DNA of 45,912 nucleotides, taken from contig CAMOPD010000001.1 in assembly GCA_946622085.1 (NCBI GenBank), positions 1 to 45,912 on the forward strand, written 5' to 3'. The notes under the pieces are model-generated. The model saw nothing but the letters and a program-made list of their open reading frames with translations, searched no databases and was not told where the DNA came from. Source of the DNA: an uncultured Prevotellaceae bacterium (GTDB lineage: Bacteria; Bacteroidota; Bacteroidia; Bacteroidales; Bacteroidaceae). A program made the translations under genes and the position numbers. The first letter of the stretch is position 1. Every line of letters begins with the position of its first letter. Below are positions 27,880 through 37,673 of this stretch, piece by piece.

Positions 27880-28749
27880 ATGGAGACAAGCGAGATACTG
27901 AAGAAAGTTCGCAAGATAGAGATCAAGACGCGTGGACTGAGCGCTAACATCTTTGCCGGGCAATACCATTCGGCCTTCAAGGGAAGGGGAATGGCGTTCA
28001 GCGAAGTGCGTGAATATCAGTTCGGTGATGACGTGCGCGACATCGACTGGAACGTCACGGCTCGCTTCCACAAACCCTTTGTGAAGGTGTTTGAGGAGGA
28101 ACGCGAACTGACCGTGATGCTGCTCATCGACGTCAGCGGTTCGCTCGACTTTGGAACTACGGGGCAGCTGAAACGCGACATGGTGACCGAGATTGCGGCC
28201 ACCATTGCCTTCAGTGCCATGCAGAACAACGACAAGATTGGCGTGGTGTTCTTCTCCGACAAGATAGAAAAGTACATCCCGCCCAAGAAAGGGCGCAAGC
28301 ACATTCTCTATATCATACGTGAAATGCTCGATTTCCATCCCGAAAGCAAGAAAACCGACGTCGGACATGCCGTGGAATTTCTCACTGGCGTACTAAAGCG
28401 TCGTTGTACAGCTTTCCTGATGAGCGACTTCTTTGTGCGCTCCGACTTTGAGAACGCCCTGACCATCTGTAACCGTAAGCACGACGTGGTGGCCATACAA
28501 GTGTACGACCAGCGTGCCAAGCAGTTGCCCGACGTGGGCTTGATGAAAGTGGTGGATGCCGAGACGGGGCATGAAATGTATATCGACACGGGCAGCAAGA
28601 AACTCAGACGGGCGCATACGGCCTATTTCATGAACCGGCAGGCTGCTCTGAGGCAGACGTTCAACAAGAGCAACGTAGACCATGTGTCGATAGCCACCAA
28701 CGAAGACTACGTGAAGTCGCTCATGCAACTCTTTGCCATGCGCGGGTAG
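27880..28749 (+). CDS. DUF58 / vWA-like protein of the bat locus
   Basis: GRGMAFSEVREYQFGDDVRDIDWNVTAR, IDVSGS. Confidence 0.92.
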   Translation: METSEILKKVRKIEIKTRGLSANIFAGQYHSAFKGRGMAFSEVREYQFGDDVRDIDWNVTARFHKPFVKVFEEERELTVMLLIDVSGSLDFGTTGQLKRDMVTEIAATIAFSAMQNNDKIGVVFFSDKIEKYIPPKKGRKHILYIIREMLDFHPESKKTDVGHAVEFLTGVLKRRCTAFLMSDFFVRSDFENALTICNRKHDVVAIQVYDQRAKQLPDVGLMKVVDAETGHEMYIDTGSKKLRRAHTAYFMNRQAALRQTFNKSNVDHVSIATNEDYVKSLMQLFAMRG

Positions 28750-28789
28750 GGGAGAAAGGAAAAACAGAACTAAAGGAGAAAAGAAAGAA

Positions 28790-29875
28790 TTGATACGAGA
28801 TCATTTTTTGAGACTTTTTTTGGCAGGCCTCCTCATGTTGACAGTTCAGGCCTCCTCCGCCCAGGTGAACGTGGAATCGCGCATCGATTCCATGGAGATT
28901 CTCATTGGCGAGCAGGTGCAGATGACTGTCGACGTGACGATGAAGCGTGGGCAGAAGCTGGCGTTCCCCACGTTCAAACCCTCGCAACAGATCACCGAAG
29001 GCGTGGAGGTGCTGGACGAGACACAGGCCGACACATCTGTGCTTGACAACGATATGTTGAAGGTGAGCAAGCGCTACACGCTGACCTCGTTTGACGAGAA
29101 ACTGTACTATTTGCCGCCGTTCAAGGTGAAGGTGGACGGGCGTGAGTATGCCAGCCGCAATCTGGCACTCAAGGTCCTCACGGTGCCTGTAGACACGCTT
29201 CATCCCAACCAATTCTTCCCTGCAAAGGATGTACAGAACAATCCCTTCCAATGGAGTGAATGGAGCCCGCTGTTCTGGTTGAGCGTTCTGATGCTATTGC
29301 TCTGTCTGGCAGTTGTTTACCTGCGTATAAGGCTTCGCGACAACAAACCCATTATAGCCAGCGTGAGAATCGTGAAGCGTGTGCTGCCCCATCAGCGTGC
29401 CATGCAACAGATAGAAAAAATCAAGGCTGAGCAGTTGCAGACATCGGAAAACCAGAAAGAATACTACACTCAGCTCACCGACACGTTGCGCAAATACATT
29501 GAGGAGCGATTCGGATTCAATGCCATGGAGATGACATCGACAGAAATCATCGGTCGGCTCCAAGAGACCGGCGACCAGAAGATGATTGACGAATTGCGTG
29601 AACTCTTCACCACGGCCGACCTCGTGAAGTTTGCCAAGTATTCCACGCTTATCAATGAGAACGATGTCAACTTGGTGAATGCCATCGAGTTTATCAACAC
29701 CACTAAACAGGAAAACCAGCCCACGGAAGAGCGCATAGAACCCACGCTGACCGAAGCCGCCAAGCGCAGCATGCGCTCACGGACGGTCTTGAAGTGGGTG
29801 TTAGTCGCCATGGCCGTGTTGGTGGTGAGCCTGTTGGCCTATGTGGTCTATCAGTCTTACTTGTTGTTGTTCTAA
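28790..29875 (+). CDS. Conserved membrane-anchored BatD-like protein preceding batA
   Basis: Signal-like N-terminus (start uncertain: TTG 28790 or ATG 28835), Ig-like region, TM helix, ADLVKFAK motif, C-terminal TM; position in bat locus. Confidence 0.75.
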   Translation: MIRDHFLRLFLAGLLMLTVQASSAQVNVESRIDSMEILIGEQVQMTVDVTMKRGQKLAFPTFKPSQQITEGVEVLDETQADTSVLDNDMLKVSKRYTLTSFDEKLYYLPPFKVKVDGREYASRNLALKVLTVPVDTLHPNQFFPAKDVQNNPFQWSEWSPLFWLSVLMLLLCLAVVYLRIRLRDNKPIIASVRIVKRVLPHQRAMQQIEKIKAEQLQTSENQKEYYTQLTDTLRKYIEERFGFNAMEMTSTEIIGRLQETGDQKMIDELRELFTTADLVKFAKYSTLINENDVNLVNAIEFINTTKQENQPTEERIEPTLTEAAKRSMRSRTVLKWVLVAMAVLVVSLLAYVVYQSYLLLF

Positions 29876-29887
29876 GGGAGGAGTGCC

Positions 29888-30886
29888 ATGGAGTTTGTAA
29901 ACAAAGAAAATTTCTTCCTGCTGCTGTTGCTCATACCCTATGTGATGTGGTACTTCCTCTATCGGAAGAAGACTGAGCCTACCATGCGCATGAGCGACAC
30001 TTACGCCTATCAGTTTGCACCTAAGAGCTGGCGCATCAGACTCATCCATCTGCCCATGTTGCTCCGTACGCTCACGATGGTGATGATCATCTGTGTGCTG
30101 GCACGGCCCCAGACCCACACTTCGTGGGGTAACAAGACCGTGGAAGGCATCGACATTATGTTGGCCATGGACGTCTCCACCAGTATGTTGGCTGAAGACT
30201 TGAAGCCCAATCGCATTGAAGCAGCCAAGAACGTGGCTGGCGAGTTCATTGCCGGCCGTCCCAACGACAACATCGGCCTTGCCATCTTTGCCGGTGAAGC
30301 TTTCACTCAATGCCCGATGACCACCGACCACCAGTCGCTTCTTAATCTGCTTCACAACGTGAGGACCGACATTGCGGCCCGCGGACTCATTCAGGACGGC
30401 ACGGCCATCGGCATGGGTCTGGCCAACGCGGTGAGCCGCCTGAAAGACAGCAAAACAAAGAGCAAGATAGTCATTCTGCTCACCGATGGAAGCAATAATA
30501 GCGGCGACCTCTCGCCACTCACTTCTGCCCAGATAGCCAAGAGCCTGGGCATTCGCGTCTACACCATCGCCGTGGGCACCAATGGGGTGGCTCCCTATCC
30601 TATGATAGTAGGAGGTTCCACACAATATATCAATATGCGTGCCGACGTTGACACCAAGACATTAAGCCAGATAGCAGCCCAGACCGATGGAAACTTCTAT
30701 CGTGCCACCAATACGGCCGAGCTGAAGAAGATCTACAAAGACATTGACAAGCTGGAGAAGACCAAGCTCGACGTGAAGAAGTTCAGCAAGCACTTCGAAG
30801 CCTTCCAGCCCTTCGCGTTGATTGCCGTGCTTTCCTTGCTCCTTGAAATTCTTCTGCGCATAACGGTGTTCCGTCGCATTCCGTAG
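29888..30886 (+). CDS. batA: BatA vWA-domain protein
   Basis: LARPQ, DVSTSM MIDAS, GTAIGMGL, LLTDG, IDKLEK. Confidence 0.92.
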   Translation: MEFVNKENFFLLLLLIPYVMWYFLYRKKTEPTMRMSDTYAYQFAPKSWRIRLIHLPMLLRTLTMVMIICVLARPQTHTSWGNKTVEGIDIMLAMDVSTSMLAEDLKPNRIEAAKNVAGEFIAGRPNDNIGLAIFAGEAFTQCPMTTDHQSLLNLLHNVRTDIAARGLIQDGTAIGMGLANAVSRLKDSKTKSKIVILLTDGSNNSGDLSPLTSAQIAKSLGIRVYTIAVGTNGVAPYPMIVGGSTQYINMRADVDTKTLSQIAAQTDGNFYRATNTAELKKIYKDIDKLEKTKLDVKKFSKHFEAFQPFALIAVLSLLLEILLRITVFRRIP

Positions 30887-30927
30887 GATAAACTCATCAT
30901 CTGGTTGTCTAAAAAAGATTTAAGTAA

Positions 30928-32625
30928 ATGTTCAGATTCGAAAATCCCATATACCTCTATCTGCTGTTGCTGATTCCCCTGTTGGCAATTGTCCGCCTTG
31001 TGGCCATCAGACAACGCAAACGGAAGCTCCGCCGTTTTGGCGACCCAGAACTGCTGAAGCAGCTCATGCCCGATGTGTCGCGCTTCCGCCCCGATGTGAA
31101 GTTTGGGCTGCTCTTGGCCGCCCTGGCCTTGCTCATCGTCATGCTTGCACGCCCACAGTTGGGCACCAAGATAAGCCATGAGAAAAGAAGCGGCATTGAG
31201 ACCATTATTGCCCTCGACATCAGCAACTCCATGCTTGCGCGCGATGTGGCACCCTCGAGATTGGACAAGAGCAAGATGCTGGTGGAGAATATGGTAGACC
31301 ATTTCACCAACGACAAGATAGGCTTGATCATCTTTGCCGGCGACGCTTTTGTGCAGCTCCCCATCACGAGCGATTACGTCTCGGCCAAGATGTTTATGCA
31401 GAACATTGACCCATCGCTCATTGCTACTCAGGGCACAGATATTGCCCAAGCCATCAACATGGCTGCCAACAGCTTCACGCAGGCCGAGAAGGTGGGGAGG
31501 GCCATCATCGTGATAACTGATGGCGAGGATCATGAGGGAGGTGCACTTGAAGCGGCCGAAGCAGCCAAGAAGAAGGGCATGCGGGTGTTTGTGCTGGGTG
31601 TGGGCGACCCGAAAGGCTCACCCATACCGACCGACGATGGCGGCTACATGACCGATAAAACAGGTCAGACCGTTCTTTCGGCTCTGAATGAAGATATGTG
31701 CCGCAAGGTGGCTCAGGCCGGAGGCGGCGCCTACATCCACGTTGACAATACGAACGTGGCGCAAGACAAACTCAACGACGAGCTCATCAAGCTGCAGAAG
31801 GGCGAGATATCGAGCACCGTCTATAGCGAATACGATGAGCAATTCCAGGCGTTTGCCATTCTTGCCCTGCTGCTGCTCATTATCGAGATCTGCGTTCTCG
31901 AGAGCAAGAATCCCATGCTGAGAAACGTCAGGCTGTTTAAGAGAGGCGCTGGCATCGCGCCCCTGCTCCTCACCCTGCTTCTGCTCGGCACATCGTCAGC
32001 TGTGTCGGCTCAGAACGACCGCCAAATCATCCGGTCGGGCAACAAACTCTATCGGCATCAGGACTTTGCCAAGTCAGAAGTGGAATACCGCAAGGCTCTA
32101 TCGAAGAATCCCGGCAATGCACAGGCCGTCTACAATCTGGGCTGTGCGCTCATGGCGCAGGAGAAAGACTCCGCAGCCGTGGTGCAGTTTCAGAATGCCG
32201 GCAAGATGGAGCAGGGCAAGATGCGTAAGGCCAAGTCGTTTCACAACATTGGCTTCATCTGCCAGCGCCATCAGATGTATGGCGAGGCCATTGAGGCCTA
32301 CAAGGAGGCCCTTCGCAATAATCCTGCCGACAATGAGACCCGCTACAATCTGGCTCTTTGCAAACGCCTGCTGAAGAACCAGCCGCAAAACCAGCAGAAC
32401 AAGCCTAAGGAAGACAAGAAGCAGGAAAAAGAACAAAACCAAGATAGACAAGACAAGGAAAAGAAAAACAACGACCAGCAAAAGCAACAGCCCAAGGAGC
32501 AAATGAGCAAGGAAAATGCCGAACAGCTGCTCAACGCTGCCATTCAGGCCGAAAAGGCCACTAAGGAGCGAATGAAGAAAGCCATGCAGCAACCTCGTTC
32601 GCGCAGATTGCAGAAAAACTGGTAA
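30928..32625 (+). CDS. batB: BatB (vWA) - BatC (TPR) fusion
   Basis: DISNSM, ITDGEDHEG; then an internal signal-like segment, TPRs (YNLG, TRYNLA), Q/K-rich linker and BatC-like end ENAEQLL...KNW. Confidence 0.85.
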   Translation: MFRFENPIYLYLLLLIPLLAIVRLVAIRQRKRKLRRFGDPELLKQLMPDVSRFRPDVKFGLLLAALALLIVMLARPQLGTKISHEKRSGIETIIALDISNSMLARDVAPSRLDKSKMLVENMVDHFTNDKIGLIIFAGDAFVQLPITSDYVSAKMFMQNIDPSLIATQGTDIAQAINMAANSFTQAEKVGRAIIVITDGEDHEGGALEAAEAAKKKGMRVFVLGVGDPKGSPIPTDDGGYMTDKTGQTVLSALNEDMCRKVAQAGGGAYIHVDNTNVAQDKLNDELIKLQKGEISSTVYSEYDEQFQAFAILALLLLIIEICVLESKNPMLRNVRLFKRGAGIAPLLLTLLLLGTSSAVSAQNDRQIIRSGNKLYRHQDFAKSEVEYRKALSKNPGNAQAVYNLGCALMAQEKDSAAVVQFQNAGKMEQGKMRKAKSFHNIGFICQRHQMYGEAIEAYKEALRNNPADNETRYNLALCKRLLKNQPQNQQNKPKEDKKQEKEQNQDRQDKEKKNNDQQKQQPKEQMSKENAEQLLNAAIQAEKATKERMKKAMQQPRSRRLQKNW

Positions 32626-32647
32626 ACAAGAAGAAGGATAGTCGATC

Positions 32648-35218
32648 ATGATGAAGAGATATGTTTTCTTATTACACGCATGGCTGGTGGCAGCCTTCAT
32701 CTCAGCCCAGACGCTGACGGTGAATGCGCCATCGAGGGTGGCCACGGGAGAGAATTTCCGTCTCACCTACACCGTGAACACCCAGAATGCTTCTGATTTC
32801 CATGTGGGCAACGTGCCCGAGGAACTCGAAATCATCACCGGGCCATATATGTCGCAACAGTCCAGCTATCAGATGATCAACGGCCACACAAGCAGCAGCT
32901 CGTCAATCACCTACACCTTTATTATATGTGCCAACAAAAACGGCACCTACACCATCCCTCCCGCACGTGTGAAGGTGGGCGATAAGACCATCACTTCGCA
33001 GGCTACCAGGATTAGCGTGTCGGGCAGCCCTCGCGCCAACCCCAACGGGGCTCCCCACATGCACGAAGACGACGACAACTCCCACGCCCAGGTGCGCCAG
33101 GCCGGTTCCAAAATTTCGGGCAACGACCTCTTTATCAAGGTCAGCGCCAACAAGAGCCGGGTGCACGAGCAAGAGCCCATCCTGCTCACTTATAAAGTCT
33201 ACACGCTGGTGGAGCTTTCTTCGCTCAATGGCAATATGCCCGACCTCACCGGATTCCACACCCAGGAAATACCTCTCCCACAACAGAAACGCTATCATGT
33301 GGAAAACGTCAACGGTCGTCCCTACCGTTGCGTCACGTGGAGCCAATATGTGATGTATCCACAAATGACTGGCGACTTGGAGATTCCAAGCATCACCTTC
33401 GATGGCACCGTCATTCAGCAGAATCGCGACGTCGATCCCTTCGAAGCCTTCTTCAATGGCGGTTCCGGATATATTGAAGTGAAGCGCTCCATCAAGGCTC
33501 CGGGACTGAAAATCAAAGTCGAACCCCTGCCGGCAAGGCCGGCCAATTTCTCCGGAGGCGTGGGCCGACTCAATCTCTCGGCCCAGTTGAGTGAGACTAC
33601 GGTGAAGGCCAACGACCCCGTCACCCTGCGCGTCGTCGTCAGCGGCACGGGCAACCTGAAGCTCATCAAGCAGCCCGTGGTGAACTTCCCCAAGGACTTC
33701 GACAAGTATGACGCCAAGGTGACCGACAAGACCAAACTCACCGTTAACGGTGTGGAGGGAAACATGGTCTACGACTTCCTGGCCGTGCCCCGCAATCATG
33801 GCAAATACACCATTCCTGCCGTAGAGTTTGTCTACTACGACACGCAGGCCAACGCCTACAAAACGCTCAAGAGCAAGCCTTTCGAGCTGAACGTGGAAAA
33901 GGGTAGCGGCTCCAGCTCCATGACCGACTATACCAGCGACCTGAAGAATCAGGACATCAGACCACTGAAAACCGGCGAGGCACGTTCTGCCCGCATGGGG
34001 CAGTTCTTCTTTGGCTCCACCACCTACTGGCTGGTGCTGGGAGCGCTGGCCGCCATCTTCATGGCCCTGCTCATCATTTTCCGCAAGCGAGCCATCGACA
34101 ATGCCAACATCGGCAAAATGCGTGGAAAGAAAGCCAACAAGGTGGCCGTGAAACGACTGAAAATGGCCAACAAACTCATGGCCCAAGGCCAGCAGGGAGC
34201 GTTCTATGATGAGGTGCTGAGGGCCCTCTGGGGATATGTGGGCGACAAGCTCAACATGCCCGTGGAGCAACTCTCACGCGACAATATCTCCGACCAGCTC
34301 ACTTCCAAGGGCGTCGACTCGACCACCATCAGCCAATTCATCTCGGCACTCGACGAATGTGAGTTCGAACGCTATGCACCCGGCGACCCCGCAGGCAATA
34401 TGAACAAAACATACGATACCGCCGTCAACGCCATTATGAGAATAGAAGACGCCCTGAAAGCAGGCCGCAAGCCGGTCAAGGCGGGGCTTCTCGTGATGCT
34501 TCTTCTCTGTCTGGCCACCCAGGCTCACGCCATCAGCAAGTCGCTGGCTGATGCCGAGTATGCCCGTGGCAACTACGTTCAGGCCATCAAGGACTATGAA
34601 GCACTGCTCAGGCAGAACGCAAGTGCCGACATCTACTACAACCTCGGCAACGCCTATTATCGCACCGATAACATCACGCGCGCCGTCATCAACTACGAGC
34701 GCGCCCTGCTCCTTTCGCCAGGCGACGAGGACATTCGCTTCAACCTCCAGATGGCCCGCAGCAAGACCATCGACAAGATTACGCCCGAGTCGCAGATGTT
34801 CTTCGTCACGTGGTACAGGTCGCTCGTCAGTCTCATGAGCGTCGACGCTTGGGCCCGGCTGGCCCTCATCAGCCTTGCCGCCGCCCTCGTGTTGCTGCTT
34901 GTCTATCTTTTTGCACGCCGCATCGCCCTGCGCAAGCTGGCTTTCTTTGGAGCCATCGCCCTGCTTGTTGTCTTCGTGGCCGCCAACCTCTTTGCCTGGC
35001 AGCAACGTCAGCAGCTCACCCATCGCAACGGAGCCATCGTGGTTTCGCCCGTAGCCTCCGTCAAAAAGACTCCAGCAGCCGGCAGCACCGAAGAGTTTGT
35101 CGTGCACGAAGGAACGCGCGTCGATATTACCGACGACACCATGATCGACTGGAAGGGCGTGCGCACAGCCGACGGCAAGGAGGGCTGGATGCTCACTTCG
35201 CAACTCGAAAAAATCTGA
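32648..35218 (+). CDS. batD: BatD - BatE (TPR + SH3b) fusion
   Basis: BatD Ig-like repeats, SGTGNLKL, CEFERYAP; then internal signal-like segment, TPR (YYNLGNAYYR), TM helices and SH3b-like VHEGTRV...GKEGW. Confidence 0.85.
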   Translation: MMKRYVFLLHAWLVAAFISAQTLTVNAPSRVATGENFRLTYTVNTQNASDFHVGNVPEELEIITGPYMSQQSSYQMINGHTSSSSSITYTFIICANKNGTYTIPPARVKVGDKTITSQATRISVSGSPRANPNGAPHMHEDDDNSHAQVRQAGSKISGNDLFIKVSANKSRVHEQEPILLTYKVYTLVELSSLNGNMPDLTGFHTQEIPLPQQKRYHVENVNGRPYRCVTWSQYVMYPQMTGDLEIPSITFDGTVIQQNRDVDPFEAFFNGGSGYIEVKRSIKAPGLKIKVEPLPARPANFSGGVGRLNLSAQLSETTVKANDPVTLRVVVSGTGNLKLIKQPVVNFPKDFDKYDAKVTDKTKLTVNGVEGNMVYDFLAVPRNHGKYTIPAVEFVYYDTQANAYKTLKSKPFELNVEKGSGSSSMTDYTSDLKNQDIRPLKTGEARSARMGQFFFGSTTYWLVLGALAAIFMALLIIFRKRAIDNANIGKMRGKKANKVAVKRLKMANKLMAQGQQGAFYDEVLRALWGYVGDKLNMPVEQLSRDNISDQLTSKGVDSTTISQFISALDECEFERYAPGDPAGNMNKTYDTAVNAIMRIEDALKAGRKPVKAGLLVMLLLCLATQAHAISKSLADAEYARGNYVQAIKDYEALLRQNASADIYYNLGNAYYRTDNITRAVINYERALLLSPGDEDIRFNLQMARSKTIDKITPESQMFFVTWYRSLVSLMSVDAWARLALISLAAALVLLLVYLFARRIALRKLAFFGAIALLVVFVAANLFAWQQRQQLTHRNGAIVVSPVASVKKTPAAGSTEEFVVHEGTRVDITDDTMIDWKGVRTADGKEGWMLTSQLEKI

Positions 35219-35222
35219 CGCC

Positions 35223-35918
35223 ATGTTTCCCGAGACCCTCTTGCAACTCGACAGGGCCGTCTTCCTCCTCTTCAACGGTAGCGACAGCCTTTTTCTCGAT
35301 CGACTGGCAACCCTGCTCACCTCCGGTTTAGCCTGGATGCCGTTCTACGTGGCGCTGCTCTATCTCGTCATCAAGAACAATGACACCATGCCCCAGATAG
35401 CGCTCACCATCGTGTGCGCCCTTTCGTGCGTCCTCCTGGCCGACGCATTGGCCGATGGCATCGTCAAACCTCTTGTGGCCAGGCCAAGACCGCTCAACGA
35501 CCCCTTCTTCAAAGATGCCGTAGATAGCGTCACCTCCGTCTGGTCGGCCAGCTATAGTTTCTTCTCCGCCCATGCGGCCAACACGTTCAGCCTCGCCGTA
35601 TTCTTTTCCTTCCTCATTCGTCACAGGCTGGCCGTCATCGCCCTTATGGTGTGGTCGGCCGTCAATTGCTGGACGCGCCTCTATCTTGGCATGCACTATC
35701 CTTCCGACATTCTTGTGGGCCTTGCATGGGGCTTCCTCGTGGGGTGGCTGGTCTATCGCCTCTACCAACATTTCCGCCAGCGCCTTTCGCCAGACATCAA
35801 CTACGTGTCTTCACAATACACCCCCACAGGCTATGCCATAGAGGATATCGACATCATGCTCACCATGCTTTCATTCACCTTCCTCTATGCCACCCTTTAT
35901 GCCGCATGGGGCAACTAA
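35223..35918 (+). CDS. PAP2-family phosphatase
   Basis: KPLVARPRP, SFFSAHAA, TRLYLGMHYPSD. Confidence 0.9.
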   Translation: MFPETLLQLDRAVFLLFNGSDSLFLDRLATLLTSGLAWMPFYVALLYLVIKNNDTMPQIALTIVCALSCVLLADALADGIVKPLVARPRPLNDPFFKDAVDSVTSVWSASYSFFSAHAANTFSLAVFFSFLIRHRLAVIALMVWSAVNCWTRLYLGMHYPSDILVGLAWGFLVGWLVYRLYQHFRQRLSPDINYVSSQYTPTGYAIEDIDIMLTMLSFTFLYATLYAAWGN

Positions 35919-35998
35919 AAAGTTGAAAAGTTGAAAGATTGAAAAGCTGAAAAAGGTTTTACGCTTTTATCATTTTAATATTTAATTCTTCATCTTTA
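35919..35998. repeat. 8-bp periodic purine arm plus degenerate complementary arm
   Basis: aaagttga aaagttga aagattga aaagctga followed by ttttacgc ttttatca ttttaata ... Confidence 0.55.
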
Positions 35999-37258
35999 AT
36001 GCATTCCGACCCTAAAAACATTCAAATCAGCGACTACGACTACCCGCTCCCCGACGAGCGCATTGCCAAATTCCCCGTCACTCCGCGCGACCATAGCAAG
36101 CTGCTCATCTATCGGCATGGCCAGATAGCCGAGGACTGTTTCGCCCATCTGTCCCAGCATCTGCCGTCAGGTGCGCTCATGATTTTCAACAATACAAAAG
36201 TCATCCAGGCACGCATTTACTTCCGTAAGCCCACTGGAGCACTCATCGAAGTCTTCCTGCTCGAACCGGCCCAACCCGCCGACTACGAGCAGATGTTCCA
36301 AACCACCAGCCAGTGCTCGTGGCTCTGTCTGGTGGGTAATCTGAAAAAATGGAAGGAAGGCGAGCTCTCAAGAACTGTCACCGTAAAGGGAAAAGTGCTT
36401 CAGATTAAAGCCGTTCGCCAGGGCGAACAGGGAACCAGCCAACTCATCAGCTTCCAGTGGGCATGGTGCGATGATGAGAGCGGCCAAAACTCCAATGACC
36501 CGACTACATCCGTGGCGTTTGCCGACGTGCTCGATGCCGTGGGCGAACTGCCCATACCGCCCTATCTCAACCGCGACACCCAGGAGAGCGACCTCACCAC
36601 TTATCAAACCGTTTATAGCAAAATCAAGGGTAGCGTGGCAGCCCCCACGGCTGGTCTGCATTTCACCGAACGCGTGCTCAGTCAGCTCGACGCCGCTGGC
36701 ATTCATCGCGAAGAGCTCACTCTTCATGTGGGTGCCGGAACCTTCCGACCCGTCAAAAGCCCGCTCATGGCTGGCCACATCATGCACACCGAATACATCA
36801 GCGTGCGCCGGCAGACCATCGAGAAACTTCTCGACCACCATTGTCAGGCCATTGCCGTGGGCACCACATCTGTGAGAACACTCGAAAGTCTCTACTACAT
36901 AGGCCTGCATCTCGCCGAACGACCACAAGCCTCAGAAGAAGCGCTCCACGTGAGCCAGTGGGAACCCTACGAGCCCCACGCCGAACTCACCGCCCCCCAG
37001 TCCTTGCAGGCCATCTTGCAGTGGCTCGACGCCAATCAGCTATCCACGCTCCACGCCAGCACGCAAATCATCATCGCGCCGGGTTACCAATACAAAATAG
37101 TGAACCAACTCATTACCAATTTCCATCAGCCCAAGAGCACGCTGCTGCTGCTGGTCAGCGCCTTCGTCAAAGGCAACTGGCGCCCCATCTACGATTATGC
37201 GCTGAGCCACGATTTCCGCTTCCTCAGCTATGGCGACAGTTCACTGCTCATACCATGA
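35999..37258 (+). CDS. queA: S-adenosylmethionine:tRNA ribosyltransferase-isomerase
   Basis: YPLPDERIA, FNNTKVIQAR, PIPPYL, YQTVYS..GSVAAPTAGLHF, LHVGAGTF, TNFHQPKSTLL, FLSYGDS. Confidence 0.96.
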   Translation: MHSDPKNIQISDYDYPLPDERIAKFPVTPRDHSKLLIYRHGQIAEDCFAHLSQHLPSGALMIFNNTKVIQARIYFRKPTGALIEVFLLEPAQPADYEQMFQTTSQCSWLCLVGNLKKWKEGELSRTVTVKGKVLQIKAVRQGEQGTSQLISFQWAWCDDESGQNSNDPTTSVAFADVLDAVGELPIPPYLNRDTQESDLTTYQTVYSKIKGSVAAPTAGLHFTERVLSQLDAAGIHREELTLHVGAGTFRPVKSPLMAGHIMHTEYISVRRQTIEKLLDHHCQAIAVGTTSVRTLESLYYIGLHLAERPQASEEALHVSQWEPYEPHAELTAPQSLQAILQWLDANQLSTLHASTQIIIAPGYQYKIVNQLITNFHQPKSTLLLLVSAFVKGNWRPIYDYALSHDFRFLSYGDSSLLIP

Positions 37259-37313
37259 CGCTATGGCGAGGACTGAAGAAATGGGAAAGAGTGCTCGGGA
37301 AATGGGATTTCTT

Positions 37314-37520
37314 TTGTGAATAATTTTTACAAATCGGGGATGCGGTTGTCCTCTCCCCTTTAGTAAGCACGCCACTCACGCATAGTAAGAACGCCATTTA
37401 CTATGCGTGAGTGGCGTTCTTACTATGCGTGAGTGGCGTGCTTACTACGCAAGACTGATTTTCAGCACTTTACGGAGGCGTATTGTAAGGACTAAAAAGG
37501 TTGTGAAATTATTTTACAAA
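37314..37520. repeat. Dispersed modular repeat, copy 3 (inverted relative to copy 1)
   Basis: Boxes at 37314 and 37501 (187 bp apart, as in copy 1); 22-bp units at 37363, 37385, 37407, 37429; ctgattttcagcactttacggaggcg matches the reverse complement of 3358-3383. Confidence 0.9.
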
Positions 37521-37673
37521 TCGTGGCCGCTTCCTGGGTTGTTTTCTCGTCTTTACACTGTAGTTGACGAGCCCACTATCGTATAACACTGGTTGGCATT
37601 CTTTCAATTATGAAACATGTTCACCTGACGCCTATATTATAGCTCGATAGCGTTTGCCATCGCTGTGCGCTGA

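Noticed and set aside
35919-35998. preQ1 riboswitch upstream of queA
   Set aside because: No preQ1 stem-loop or 3' A-rich tail consensus seen
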